In this document: positions 38,447-50,211 of the stretch, piece after piece
Numbering within the stretch: position 1 is the first letter of the stretch
How the letters are laid out: every line of letters starts with the position of its first letter
DNA from: Hydrolagus affinis
Taxonomy: Eukaryota
Length of the DNA stretch: 64,000 nt
Assembly (NCBI GenBank): GCA_012026655.1
Contig: JAAILG010001297.1
Coordinates: 1 to 64,000, forward strand
Direction: 5' to 3'
Translations under genes and position numbers: made by a program
The notes under the pieces: generated by a model
Databases searched by the model: none
What the model was told of the DNA's origin: nothing
The model's input: the letters and a program-made list of their open reading frames with translations, nothing else

Positions 38447-41400
38447 CTCCAGCATTGCTAATTGTGCGTAACAATTAAAAGGCAGGTCAACCTCACTCTG
38501 GGGTTAAGGTTCTATCTGGCTACATAATGTGGCTTGTGTTTTACAAATCCCAATGATGCCACTCAAACATCCCTCTCCCCACGCTCCCCATTGCAAGATT
38601 ACAACACCACTCTATTACAGTCAGACTAAAATTAACAACTGAAACATTCGGAGATGCCAGGAAAATCTGAGCAAAAAAGTACAGGAATCCTGTGAGGTGT
38701 TGGGGGGCGCGTGGGACAGGCTGAGATAAGAGCAGACCAGCATGGAGTGCTTTGAGTTACAAAGACTCAAGCGGTGAACGGGTTAATGTTGATTTAACGC
38801 AGGCTTCAATAGAAGCCTAAACAAAGGCCAGGGAAGAGCAGAGCGAAACCGCAACTTGGAATATGTACACCAGCAAATACTGATGCCTCAAAAGTTCATT
38901 TCCTGTATCTTTATAAACAGTCAGACAGGTTAGCCTCAATATGGCTACAAAGTGCAGGATTGGGTCCCACTGGCAGAGAAGCACCAGACACATCAGTGTT
39001 TCAGTAACAGAAGGAGCTGTTTCTAATTCTTAGGAGATGTCTGTCTGTGTGTTTTTTTTACATGAAAGTCTACGCATTATGAAAAGTAGACAATGCTGCC
39101 TCTCTGCTGCCAGGCAATGTCTTCCAGGCAGACTGGGATTTCCTAAACAGATACCAAAGATGTTACGTATCACTGATCAAGCAGAGCAGCTGTCAAGGGA
39201 GGGGTGGGGTTTGGTTGGGGGGGTAGTTGGGGTGCTGTAGAGGCTTAAATTTAAACTTCAGTAATCCGAATCCATAGCGTTAAAAAAGCCCTTTAAAAGT
39301 AGGGCTGAGATTTAATGCTTAGCACTCAAATTAGTAAGTGGAACTGGCATTAGTTATGAAAAAAAAGACAGCTAACAATGGATAAGGCTGCACATATCCA
39401 GCTCCTGCTAGTAACTAGTATACTCGTCAAAATAACCAGATAAACAAGTAACCGGAAGACTGAGTAAAGATGGAACTGACAAGCAACTGAAAGGATTAAA
39501 GTAGCCAGAAAAAGTCACTGCCATTGTACGGCTGTCAGACACAACTAGAGTTGAGTCCTCCCACTCTGACAGGCTCCTACCCCACCCTATCACAAGATCC
39601 TCCCCTCCAGTAAGCCCCTCTCTTGTGACAGAGGTGGGGTGGGGGGAAAGGAGGGAAAGGTGGAAGGTGTTTCTGAACAGTGATCAGGATCAGTGACTCA
39701 GACTGCATCTCCCATCCAAAAAGCTTGAGGCGACAGGGCCAAGGAAAGTGTCAACCAGACACCATAAGATTTATTGGTGATGAAGAAGGCCATTTGACCC
39801 AGTTGATCTCATCATTCTTAAGTACCCAGCCTAGCCTACTGTCCCGTCGTGGCATTTTTTAGAGATGAGTCTAATGAAATGGCCCATGCAAACATGTAAA
39901 AACATCCCACATAATGACTGAGTGTCGTACCAGAGCCTGCGTAAAACCAAAAAAAAAGTTAGCTCTGTGTTCCTTCAATTCACAGGCACTGAAGGAGCGA
40001 ATGCAAGTGCTTAAAGCTGGAATGAGTTGCAACGTCACCAGTTCCTGAAGCACACATGGGCTCAAGATCAATGAACAGCAGGTCTCCCTTCCACAACACC
40101 CCCATCCCCCCCACACCTCACCCCCCCACTCCAAACTGGGTTTAAATGTCATGAACTCAAAGGTGTGCAGGTATCCAGGAGTTTTAATCATACCATTATT
40201 TTTAAGCGTTTGGCCAAATAAACACTGGCAGAAACAGGGACGTAACACACACAAACACTGTCTCATTCATACCCATCAGATATACGACATGGATAGAGGA
40301 ATGAATTCCTGGCCAGAATATCCTGCAAAGATGAAAGGAAAAAAATGCTCAGGACTTGCCTGAATGCTTTAAGGTTCAGTAGTAACACAGTGGCGAGACA
40401 CGTGCAACCTTAATTCCAACTCCAGACCCCATCCACTCCCCACTCCCCACCCCCACCATTAACTCCTCCGCAGGTAAAAAGTCATCAATAGCAAAAGTTT
40501 GGGTGCTCAACTATTGCTTTAAGCATTTGATTCATTTTATTATTGGAGTTTTCCCGTTGTGCCGCATACTTATCTTATGAGATCTCCTCTCAGTTGTGGT
40601 TATTTGCACAGCATAAGGGGAAATTAAATCCACCAAAGTTTCAAACCGAAAGCTTTGAAATCAGACAGTCTCTCAATCACTTTCTGGTATTTCCTAAAAA
40701 ACAAGAAAGGGATTGCAGGATAATGGAGAGGACTCTCTCGCTCACTCGGGAGAGGAGCTAATGCCAGTTTTAATGAATTAACTTAAGGTGCAAAGCAGAA
40801 TCATGGAATGGGTCATTTAAAAGAAAACTCGCAGCTTGCAGTCTAATGGTGAAATAGCACATTTGAAAGCAATTAAACACATAAGCGCGCTTTCAGGATA
40901 TTAATATTTCTTGGGGGAAATTCATTTATCTGCGCTCACAGCTCCCCTGACATTACAGTTGAAGGCATTGGAATGGACCTTTGGAATAGTGAGGATGAAC
41001 ATGGAAAGACATATGGATAAGAATTCTCAGCTGACACCATTTTCCGACCTTCTTCCTGTCCTAACAAAGAAGCCTTTGAGGGAACTTGGCTTTGTTTTTC
41101 AAACCATTCAAAGGCCTCTCATTCCTGACATTCAGAGCTGCAACAATGACTTTATGTGTTACACAAAGATGGCTGCCAAAGTTTTTGCAAAGATTAACAT
41201 AAAGTGTTGAAATGATCTGTCTGCCAATTCTGTCAAAAAAAATCAAATTATGTAAAAAAAAATGGCTGGTGGGGTGGGGTGGGGTGGAAACAAAAAAATG
41301 CCATCGCTGAGGAATAGTACATTTTAAAAAATAAAGCACCTTTTGCTTTCAAAAAATTAAAATTAAATCAATTTACTTGGTTGACCAAAATCAAGTAAAA

Positions 41401-43215
41401 TTTATATATTTTTTTAAACGAAAAAAGGCAGCATTTTTGCAGATTAAGAAGGCACCAAAAAACCTGTTCAAACCCTTTGAGACCCTTTCAGAAGCAGAAA
41501 ATTCCTCCAAAATGCTTTGTTTCAGAAGATGAGACACAGAATCCTGTGAATTCAGATGAATGACAGTAATTTGCCTTCTATTTCCCCTCATTTACCTCTA
41601 GTTTCACGTCAACAATGTTGAACCTTAAAAATTCCACCAAATCTTAGCTTGTAAAACCATTTGGTCCTAAATTTAAGACGATGTGATCCCAAGTCCAGAT
41701 GTGGCACGCTGACCAACTACACCATTGGGAGCCACTCAATTAACATGCAGCTTCTTTAAAGTGGTAATGGAATATTTTCAGGGATGTTCCAATGGGACAA
41801 TACCTAAGAGCTGCAAAGAAGAAAAAGTTTTTTTTTTTTTTTTAAAACCCTGATCCAATTATGGAACTGCCTTGCAATGAAGGGAACAAAAAGGCGGAGG
41901 GGGGACGGGTTAAAATAAAAAGACCGCAAATTTCTTGCCATGAGTGTATGAAACCATTGTGAAAATGGGCACTTGTGGATTAATGGTATCTACCAAGATT
42001 GACCAATGTGTGTGTTTTAAGGCTATTTGTTAAATGATCATAAGCCACTTCATTGTTTCCAATGTTTTCTTGGTGTGTTTTCACTCGTGGGAACTCAAGC
42101 AAAGAAATACTGGAAAACAGTCAAGGAAATCAGGAAGTCTGTGCTGTGTACAGGAAGTGTCTGATCATGATGTGGAACGCTGCCGTCAATCTGAAATAAA
42201 ATAAATTAACCCCTTAAACCTCAAACTGTGCCACGCGCGATGGGTGGGAGCCCCCAGAGGTTACCAGATGTCAACAGCGATCGTGGTCTAGGAGTTTCAG
42301 TGGATGAAATGGACAATGAGATGAAATGTGGGATATGACTTCAACAGCAATGCACTGACTCTCCAGCTAGGTAAGGCTTGTGTAGATATGGTCCCAGAAC
42401 AGTTTCATGGATCTCCAGCTAAAGGCTGACGATCAGAGAAGAGTAAATGTGTTGACCTTTTGTGCTGCATCACTTTGAAAACACAGGTTGAAATACCCAG
42501 TGTTTCTCCATCTTGTGTGAATTGACGTGGACATTAACTCCAAGTGAAAATAAAACAAACAGAGCTTTAGCTTGGGATAGGGGCAATTCCAGTGGAAACC
42601 GTTACCCTAAAAACTGCTTGTCTGCAAGTTGCAGGTCTCACATTTCACCGTTATATACTGTTTCAAAGTTTTTTTTTCTGAATTTCTTTTTCCACTTCCA
42701 CCCAGAGTTAGCTCCCAACTGGTTGATCAGGAGGGGAAGGGCTTTATGGGAACCAGGGTGGGCGGGAGCAGAGTGCTGAGTCAGCAAGTGTCAATTAAGA
42801 AACGGGTTAACGAATGTCCTGAGTTTTACCTCACTATGGGGTGGAAAATGTGATGTGATAATTATGAGCGACGATAATTTATACATCACACACTGCATTT
42901 CCAAGCCTTATGAAGGTACATTAAGTGAAATCTAATTCCACTAAAGGGATTGTGTGGCACATTTCAGCACTCCAGGAGTGTGTTTTATCACCTTTAGGAT
43001 CTGTTCAAACTCTCGACTCTCCTTCCTTTGCTCCACCCAGACAAATATGTGCCAAGTTCACCACTCACATCTGCCACAGCTCTGCTCCTTTCACTTAAAC
43101 TGTACAGATGGCTCACCGCTAAGAAAGCAATCTAGGGTCACCGATCACAGTTTCCACTGGAATTCTGTCTTCTGACTAAGCCAGTAAGCAGGCACAATGT
43201 TAATTCAAAACACAG

Positions 43216-43315
43216 ATCTCCTGTCAGCTCAATGGATAAACACACCATGTGGTGTGGAACCCAGCCATCTAAACCAGGAAGTCTTGAGGTTGATACTTGG
43301 CTTCACCAGACCCAT
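43216..43315 (+). mobile_element. AmnSINE2-like 5' relic
   Basis: gctcaatggataaa...gtggtgtggaacccagccatctaaaccaggaagtcttgaggttgat resembles the AmnSINE2 head as I recall it. Confidence 0.45.
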
Positions 43316-43634
43316 TTAAGAAACAGCCTGGATCTTGTGCATGGGAAGGTGACAGGGTGGGCGTTGTGGACAGATGAGATCAGTGGACCAAAGGCCTTCT
43401 TCATTTTAGTACGTATACCTTGTTGACTAGGGCATTTTCTCTTTATTCCTATCCCCTCCCCCTCTGATGGAAATTATGCAGCGGTGGGTATTGATATTTG
43501 GAGAAGCATAAAATCTGCCACTTCACCCCATGCAGTTAAACAGTCCGCCATTGTCTCACTGCCTGCACTCACACATATAGAGTGGTCAACGAACGGCTTC
43601 TCATTGTACTGTGTGATCGTACCTCAGAGTGACC

Positions 43635-43683
43635 CAACAAAAAATACAACAAAATTACATTTGTATAGCGCCTTTCACGTCAC
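43635..43683 (-). mobile_element. L2-type 3' tail
   Basis: caacaaaattacatttgtatagcgcctttcacgtca. Confidence 0.7.
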
Positions 43684-44872
43684 GCCGCTGATATCACCAC
43701 AATGTGGAGAGAAAGACAATGTACACACCAACTAGATCCAGTATCACTTTGGATCTAACAAGGATACATAGTCGACTTCAACGTGAGCAAGTTCACAGAT
43801 TATGTGCAAAATTAAAGATATGAAATGATGCCAAGAAGGTTTTACTGTCTTTACTGCTCATAGAAATTCCTTTAAGTTTCTGTTTTAAGCAATGAAGTAG
43901 CCAACAGTTTGCTACCCCAGCCAAGGTCAATCTATCCTTAAAGAATAATAAACAGCTATTAAATTGTCTGAATGATAAAGATAATTAAAAAGGGGACAAC
44001 GGTAGTGTAGAAAAAAATCTGGAAAAAGTAAATGGTAGCAATTGTGGGGGCAGTTCAGTGATAAATCTGCATGATTCCGAGCCAAAGCAGAATTATCTTT
44101 TAATCTTTCACCTGTGCAAGACAACATCAGCAAATGTTTGATAAAAGGCTGGTTACGTGCTCTGCCAAATAAAAGGATACTCTCAACGCTCATAAAGATA
44201 AATCCCTGGGGAGTGGGGTGTGTGGGGGCATGCGGACAAGTCTGTTCCAGCCTTTGAATTTAGAACTTTTCTATGGGAACTAAGCATTCATTCCAGAAAT
44301 CGTCAGCTGGGAACCACTGGCAGGAGCTGAGAGGAGGAGTAGCGCTCAAAACGGGTTTTAATTTATACCACACAAGAAAACAAAACAAAAACAGAAACAG
44401 GACTTTTAAGGCCCGATTTCCACGGACAAGAGTTAATTTTAGCTTTGGCGACATTGGGGGTTTTGCAAGGAGTCAGGGACTGGCTCTCTCAGGCTCTTTC
44501 TCAGTGTGAGCCCTGAACTCAGCGACCCAGGCATTTTAGCAAACGTTCTTGTGTGCCCCGCACTCTCAGAGCATTGCCGTTTTGAACAACCACGTACGCG
44601 CATTGTCTCCACGCTCACAATCAACACATGGCTTGGGTAGAAAAGCCTCTTAATGAAGGGATGTATTCCCAATGACTGGTCAATACCTAAACCCTGAAAT
44701 TGATTGATAATAATTACAAATGACAGTCCGTTAGCTCAGCTCCAAAGACCAAACTTTGTCAAATGGAACGAATGGCATTGTTTGTTGGGAAGGGTTTCCA
44801 TCTTTTACAACCGGATTTTGCCATTTCTGATCTTTGGTGGGATGTAACACACAAATAAAAACAATAACTAAA

Positions 44873-45018
44873 GGGGTCACTCAATCCACGACTGTGTGTT
44901 GGACACTGCTGCGTTTCGCCCACTGTCAATTCACTTCACAATATATTCTGTGAAGCACATTGAGACGCCTGGAAGACGTGAAAAGCGCTATAGCGAGTAC
45001 AAGGATTATTATTATATT
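44873..45018 (+). mobile_element. Young SINE 3' half with internal microdeletions
   Basis: tcaatccacgactgt...gacactgctgcgtttcgcccactgtcaattcacttcac...gtgaaaagcgcta...ggattattatt. Confidence 0.8.
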
Positions 45019-46299
45019 AACGTTATTTGGGCACGAGCGATCCATCTGAAGCTACTGTCAGCAAAAGCTACGGTTGGTCAGGGCTGCGCAGCTTACCGCT
45101 GAGGTTTTGTTGAACACTGACAGTAAAAGTTTTCAAGTGCGGTAATAACAACCTGCCTTTCACGTAGTTAAAGGTCTCATTTTAAGGGACGCTCCGCCCG
45201 TGTGCTTATATTGTTCACTAATCCTCGTTGACCGCCTGAGACACGGTTTAGAGATTTCAATCACAAGAACCTCAGTGCTTTCCTTCCCCACCCCAAAAAA
45301 ACATACCCGACCCTCTCTTTCTCTCAGTTGAAGCATCAAACGTGTTCCAGCATGGGTTGGGTTGGTATTTCTGACATGAAACTTGCACAAGAATGAGATG
45401 CAAGGGATGCATGCAGTCAGTCTTTTGTTTACTCTTCTGAGCAGGGTGCTCCATGCTACTTTAGCTTTCCTTGAAGAGCCGTGGACCTGACTAGCATGGG
45501 GCGGGTGGTTTGGATCGTGAGCTCTACGGGAAGCCTGGGCATGGTGCTGTTGATGGCATGGCTCTATCTACCCTCATCATTAACCTGTTGACATCAGGCA
45601 GAGGTTGGTTTACAGGTCACCCCCCAACAGTGACGCTTAGCAGCACGCAGAACCGCCCAAGACTTCTAGACTGCGTGATTCCTCCCAGAGAGAGATTCGG
45701 GTCACCTGTCTTTCAACAGAAGCCTCCTGTGAAGCCTGCACATGAAGAGCATATCAGCAGTCACCTTGGGGACTCCAGCCCACACACTCCACCTTTACCA
45801 CTGCAAGGCTTCCACCCAAAGGGCCCCGACAGCGCTGCGCTGTGTCTGCCACGACTGCGCTGTGTGTGCAGCCGTCCACAATCTGAAAACGTCTAGCGGC
45901 AATAGTCACGCGCTGAGCGTTTACTGCAAATTTGCTAAACATTATTGAATAGAGGCACTGACTGGACATCACACCAACAATGCTTCCACTTGTTGCCGGC
46001 ACACATCTATTCTTGGGTGGACTGAACCAAGCCTTTTTAACTGGCTTTTAAGCATTGCCGTCAGTTGCCCCAGCAGTGACAGTACAATTTACTAACTGAA
46101 GTGAAATTGGGCCGATTCAAAACCTTCATTGTACCAGAAGCAACAGTCTTGCATTGTAGCGAGCAAAGATGATTATGTGGCATTGGCTGAGGGACAAATG
46201 GACAAATTATTATGAAAAGGCTAAAAAATATTCCCTCAACATCATTTGAGGTTACCCTCCAATTGGGTTGGCATGCGAGATGATCCACTCGTTTCCATC

Positions 46300-46441
46300 A
46301 AAAAAACAAATTGCATTTATATAGTGCCTTTCAGTCAGTCAAACAGTCAATTAGTCAATTAGTCAATTAGTCAATCAATCAATCAATCAACCAATTTGTA
46401 GCGCCTTTCATGTCGAGAGGACATCCCGAGGTGCTGGGCAA
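46300..46441 (-). mobile_element. Duplicated L2 tail with an (AGTCAATT)/(CAAT) satellite between the copies
   Basis: atagtgcctttca and gtagcgcctttcatgtcgagaggacatccc flank three agtcaatt units and a (tcaa)n run. Confidence 0.65.
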
Positions 46442-46693
46442 CAATAAGATCTGTTATCAATAAGATAAGAAGGGGCCGAAACGCCCTCCTGGTTGTTGCC
46501 TTAGGGCTCTGAAGTCTTAAAATTGAACATTGGAAAACAATTTGCTGCTATCATAATTTGGAAGCCGTCTTTCTGTGATGCGTTTGGTTTTAAAACAACA
46601 ACTTCTGAAATAAGATCAATTCATTACTAATTACTAAATTATCACACAGTCCCCAGTCTTATAAAAGGCAAAGACCACAGTCATCAGATGGGA

Positions 46694-46797
46694 CGTTTCG
46701 CCCACAAAATATACAGTCAATTCACTTCACAGTATATTTCATGAAGCGCTTTGAGTCGTGATCAGGCACCATATCAAACGCAAGGATTATTATTATA
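46694..46797 (+). mobile_element. Young SINE 3' tail
   Basis: cgtttcgcccacaaaatatacagtcaattcac...caaggattattattat. Confidence 0.82.
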
Positions 46798-46800
46798 GAT

Positions 46801-46858
46801 CAGACTAGATGGGCCGAATGGCCTCCTTTTGTGCCATAAAATTCTATGATTCTATGAT
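46801..46858 (+). mobile_element. CR1 extreme 3' end
   Basis: gatgggccgaatggcctcct hairpin followed by (ATTCTATG)2, the canonical CR1 8-bp terminal repeat. Confidence 0.85.
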
Positions 46859-49595
46859 CAACACTGGGGCTAATCCAAAACCAGACCCTATCAGGTAAGG
46901 TCCACTAGGAACAGAAGCTCTCAAGCTTCTTTCACATAGGCTAACGGCTCAAAGAGGGCTTCAGAGAGATGGATGGCATGGGACTCGCCATCCCCGTAGA
47001 GTCACAGAAAGAGTTAAGTACAAGAGAAAGTCGTCCTCTGACTACCTCTCTGATAGAAGCAGGAGCGGCTGCACACGCTCAAAACATGACTTCGGATTTG
47101 CCAGCTTGCCTAAGGAAATTACTTTAGTGCTGACCCGTAAATCCAGGCCGTCTTTGTTTTAACAAGTGAGGGACCTTTGACTGGTTTTATGGCAGAGCCC
47201 CAACCACACAAAGAGTCTCAGGTTTTAACTGAAATCATAATGATTATGCAGACGGAAATTAAATATTGTATCAGTGGAGGAAATTTTCATAACTGAAACC
47301 TTTTGAGGCCAATTCAAGTTCTCTCTGCCAACATTGCTCACTAATCTTTTTGCCCACTGATGGGGCTTTTTTTTTTATATGGTTGATTATCAGATTAATC
47401 AGATCAAGATGCCCAGGGAATGTGAGCCAACGCATCTCGGTTGAATAATACTGAAACATAACTATTGCCCGAAGAGGAGGCAAGGCCATTAACATCAAAG
47501 CAATATGTTGACCCCCAGGGACAAAATATTTAGCTTTTTTTAATGTATATGAAAAAAACATTTTTTTAAAATCACCATACAGGGAAAAAATATGTAAATA
47601 AAAAGATTTGGAATAACACGAGATCTAATGTTGGGGAAAAAATCACGGTTGAGGTTCCAGGCTTTGCAGCAAAATTGGTTTTAGTGGATGGGGAAAGGAG
47701 CCATCTTTTCGAAGACAAGTATGGTATTCATAGGTCTTCAGTCACCAGTGTTTTGAATCTCTACCTTGGAAAGGTAGAATCCCTGATCCCCGTCTCATTC
47801 ACAATCCAGGTAAACTGCGACAAGGTGCAAGCTAACTCCTCAATAACTGGTCTGACTAGATTTTGAGGATGATGGGGGCAACTTGTGAGGATGTCAGCTG
47901 GCAACAGCTTCAGCACCGTCGAACAACAACAACAACTTCATCGAAGGATTGGAGTGTGTGAAAGTACAGTCCTGCTCAAGTCAAAACCAGATAGGATCAC
48001 TGGCTGATATCACAAATAGCTTTTTATAACAAAAGCTTAATGGGAGTCACATTTAATCCTGTTTGAGGTAAGATCACGGAGAGTGTGACAATGGCGCACG
48101 CATACTCTGGATTATTTTATAAAATCATCCCTTTTTATTTCTCTCTCTCCTATTCATCTATTTCCCCGCATGCCCCAACACCTCTCGAGACCCATTACTG
48201 GTATACAGTTTACCACAGCATAAACAATGAAGCAATATGTCCATCCCTCTCGCTCAGGCACAGTACAGCTCAGCTTTGCCTACGCGCTGCTCTTAAATCT
48301 GAACTCGCAACAAAGCTGAGGGTGAGTAATAAAAACGGAAGTCGCTGAAAACAAGTGTTCCCAGGAACTTCTGTTTTTCTTTCAGATTTACAGCATCTGC
48401 AGTATTTTGCTATTTGTGGGGTAACTAACACATTACTAAAGACATCTGCTCATTTCTTTAGATATAAAATCCATTTTTAAAAAAAAGGTTTTAAAAAAAT
48501 ACATAGCTGTTCCCTAATGAGCAATAATAGCTTGGCTCCTTTTCACTTCTGGTCAGGTCATGGGTTAAACCCAACAAGCTAATAAGGTTGGATTGCTAAT
48601 AGCGTACTTGGAACAAAAAAATTAGCCAGAGTTGGCCCGTTGTAACTTCCCACAGTGGATCATAAATTTAAAAAGGTGAGTGTATTTTTGCACAAAGATC
48701 ACACTCTCAGCATTGTGGTGCTTTCAGCAAACAGCATCAAGTGCCAACACCAACATAGCCAGGCTTTATTTGGAAACGAGTGTCAATGTGTGTGGCCTCC
48801 AGTCCCCGGAACGCACAGCAACATCGCCCTCCCTGGCAGCTCTCCTCAGCTCAGCGCTCTGGCAGCGGTTTCGACACAGCGCTCAGCCCGGAGGAACCCG
48901 AGCACGTCCCTCAAACAGCCGAGGCAACCAGAGACGTGGCTGGCCCTCCTCTGCCAAATCAACTCTCTCTAAAATATTCATTGGACTCATCAAGGAACCG
49001 TTTAGTGCAGAACCATCGTGCCCTTGGATCAGCCAGTCAAAATGGAAATGGCTCTGTTCAGAAGGGGTTACCTGCCGGGTCACTTTAAATAAATATTGCA
49101 GTGGCCAGCTGCATACTGCACTCGTCCCAAGGTGCTCCACAATTGGACTATTCTCAGTCTGGAGCTCGGGAAGGAGACTAGGTTCAGAATTTGCATTTTC
49201 AGCCGAGTTTTTCCCTTTCTCTCCTCCTTCTCCTCCTCTGTGTTCTAATGAACGCACCTGGAAAGAAGCAGCTGCTAAATATTGCAATATTCCGCCTTCC
49301 ACGGTGAGAGTTTAAACTCTCGGTCACAAAATAAACCCAAATATGTTAACACTCCAGTGTTCCCATTGATATTGATATACAATTGATATAGTCTTCTTCC
49401 TGTTTGTACTCAATTGATATCAAACATACTCTAGTAAATGAAGTATTTGTGACACTAGCATAACCCAAGAGGCAACATAAATTCTGTTCGAGTCTAGGTA
49501 GGGCCTATAAGCAGGTGAACGGAACAAACGTTAGGGCTTTCTTTCAGAGGGACCAGTTATGTGAGAGTACAGCGAGGGAACCAATCATCACTTAC

Positions 49596-49827
49596 CCGTC
49601 TCGGCAGCTGGACACTTGCGAATGGTGAAGATTTGCCCGAGATCGTCCTCGTCCTCCGGCAATCCCTTCTGGAGCCGCTGTAGCTTGCGGAGACTCTCGC
49701 TGCGTTGGTGTTTCATGGAGCGGACGTGCTGGATCAGGTTGAGCTTGGCCTTGGTAGAGTAGATGCACAACGAGCAATGGTAGTAACATGCCTCACTCTC
49801 CACCATGCTGTCATGTTGCTGCAAGTG
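49596..49827 (-). CDS. ZFHX3: Internal coding exon of zinc finger homeobox protein 3 (ATBF1); one C2H2 zinc finger
   Basis: Minus strand reads ttttttag|CAC TTG CAG CAA...GAG ACG G|gtaagt. Translation [77 protein letters not shown] closely matches vertebrate ZFHX3 ([36 protein letters not shown]). The 232-bp length and phase 0/1 agree with my recollection of the human exon. ZFHX4 is the less similar paralog. Confidence 0.95.
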
Positions 49828-50004
49828 CTAAAAAAAACAAGGGGAAAAAAATACCCAAATTTAAACACTGGCAGAATACGCCAAGTACAATGTTACTAAA
49901 ATACAACCGATCAACCGTTTGAGGAATATTTTTTATCTGTTTGTTACAATTGCTTTTTTTTACTGTCTTTCAACTCTTTCTTTTTATTTTTTTCCACAAG
50001 AAAC

Positions 50005-50211
50005 ACTTTGGGACCCAGCACACATTTCCTGGTGTCTACTCACAGCCAATTTGCTCACAGCAATGTTTTATAAACAGCCATGCAGTGAATGACTAAAGCT
50101 TATTGGGAGTGTCAGCCGAGACATTATGAGTTCAAACTCCCGACGTGGGGCGTAAACCCACAGCCTTCTGATTCGGAGGTGTTAATACTATCAACTGAGC
50201 CAGGCCGACAC
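50005..50211 (-). mobile_element. Old SacSINE1-like head and partial body
   Basis: Minus strand gtgtcggcctggctcagttgatagta...cctccgaatcagaaggctgtgggttt...ggctgacactcc. Confidence 0.6.

Larger units (their letters stand above)
1..49595 (-). other. ZFHX3: ZFHX3 intron downstream of the exon (next constitutive exon not confidently found in the window)
   Basis: GTAAGT donor starts at 49595. No ZFHX3-like peptide was found further 3'. ZFHX3 has very long introns in this region in other vertebrates. Confidence 0.7.

Noticed and set aside
49588-49824. Track ORF treated as a stand-alone 78-aa gene
   Set aside because: It is an internal exon: it begins after an AG acceptor, and the apparent GK-stop is read-through of the GTAAGTGA donor.
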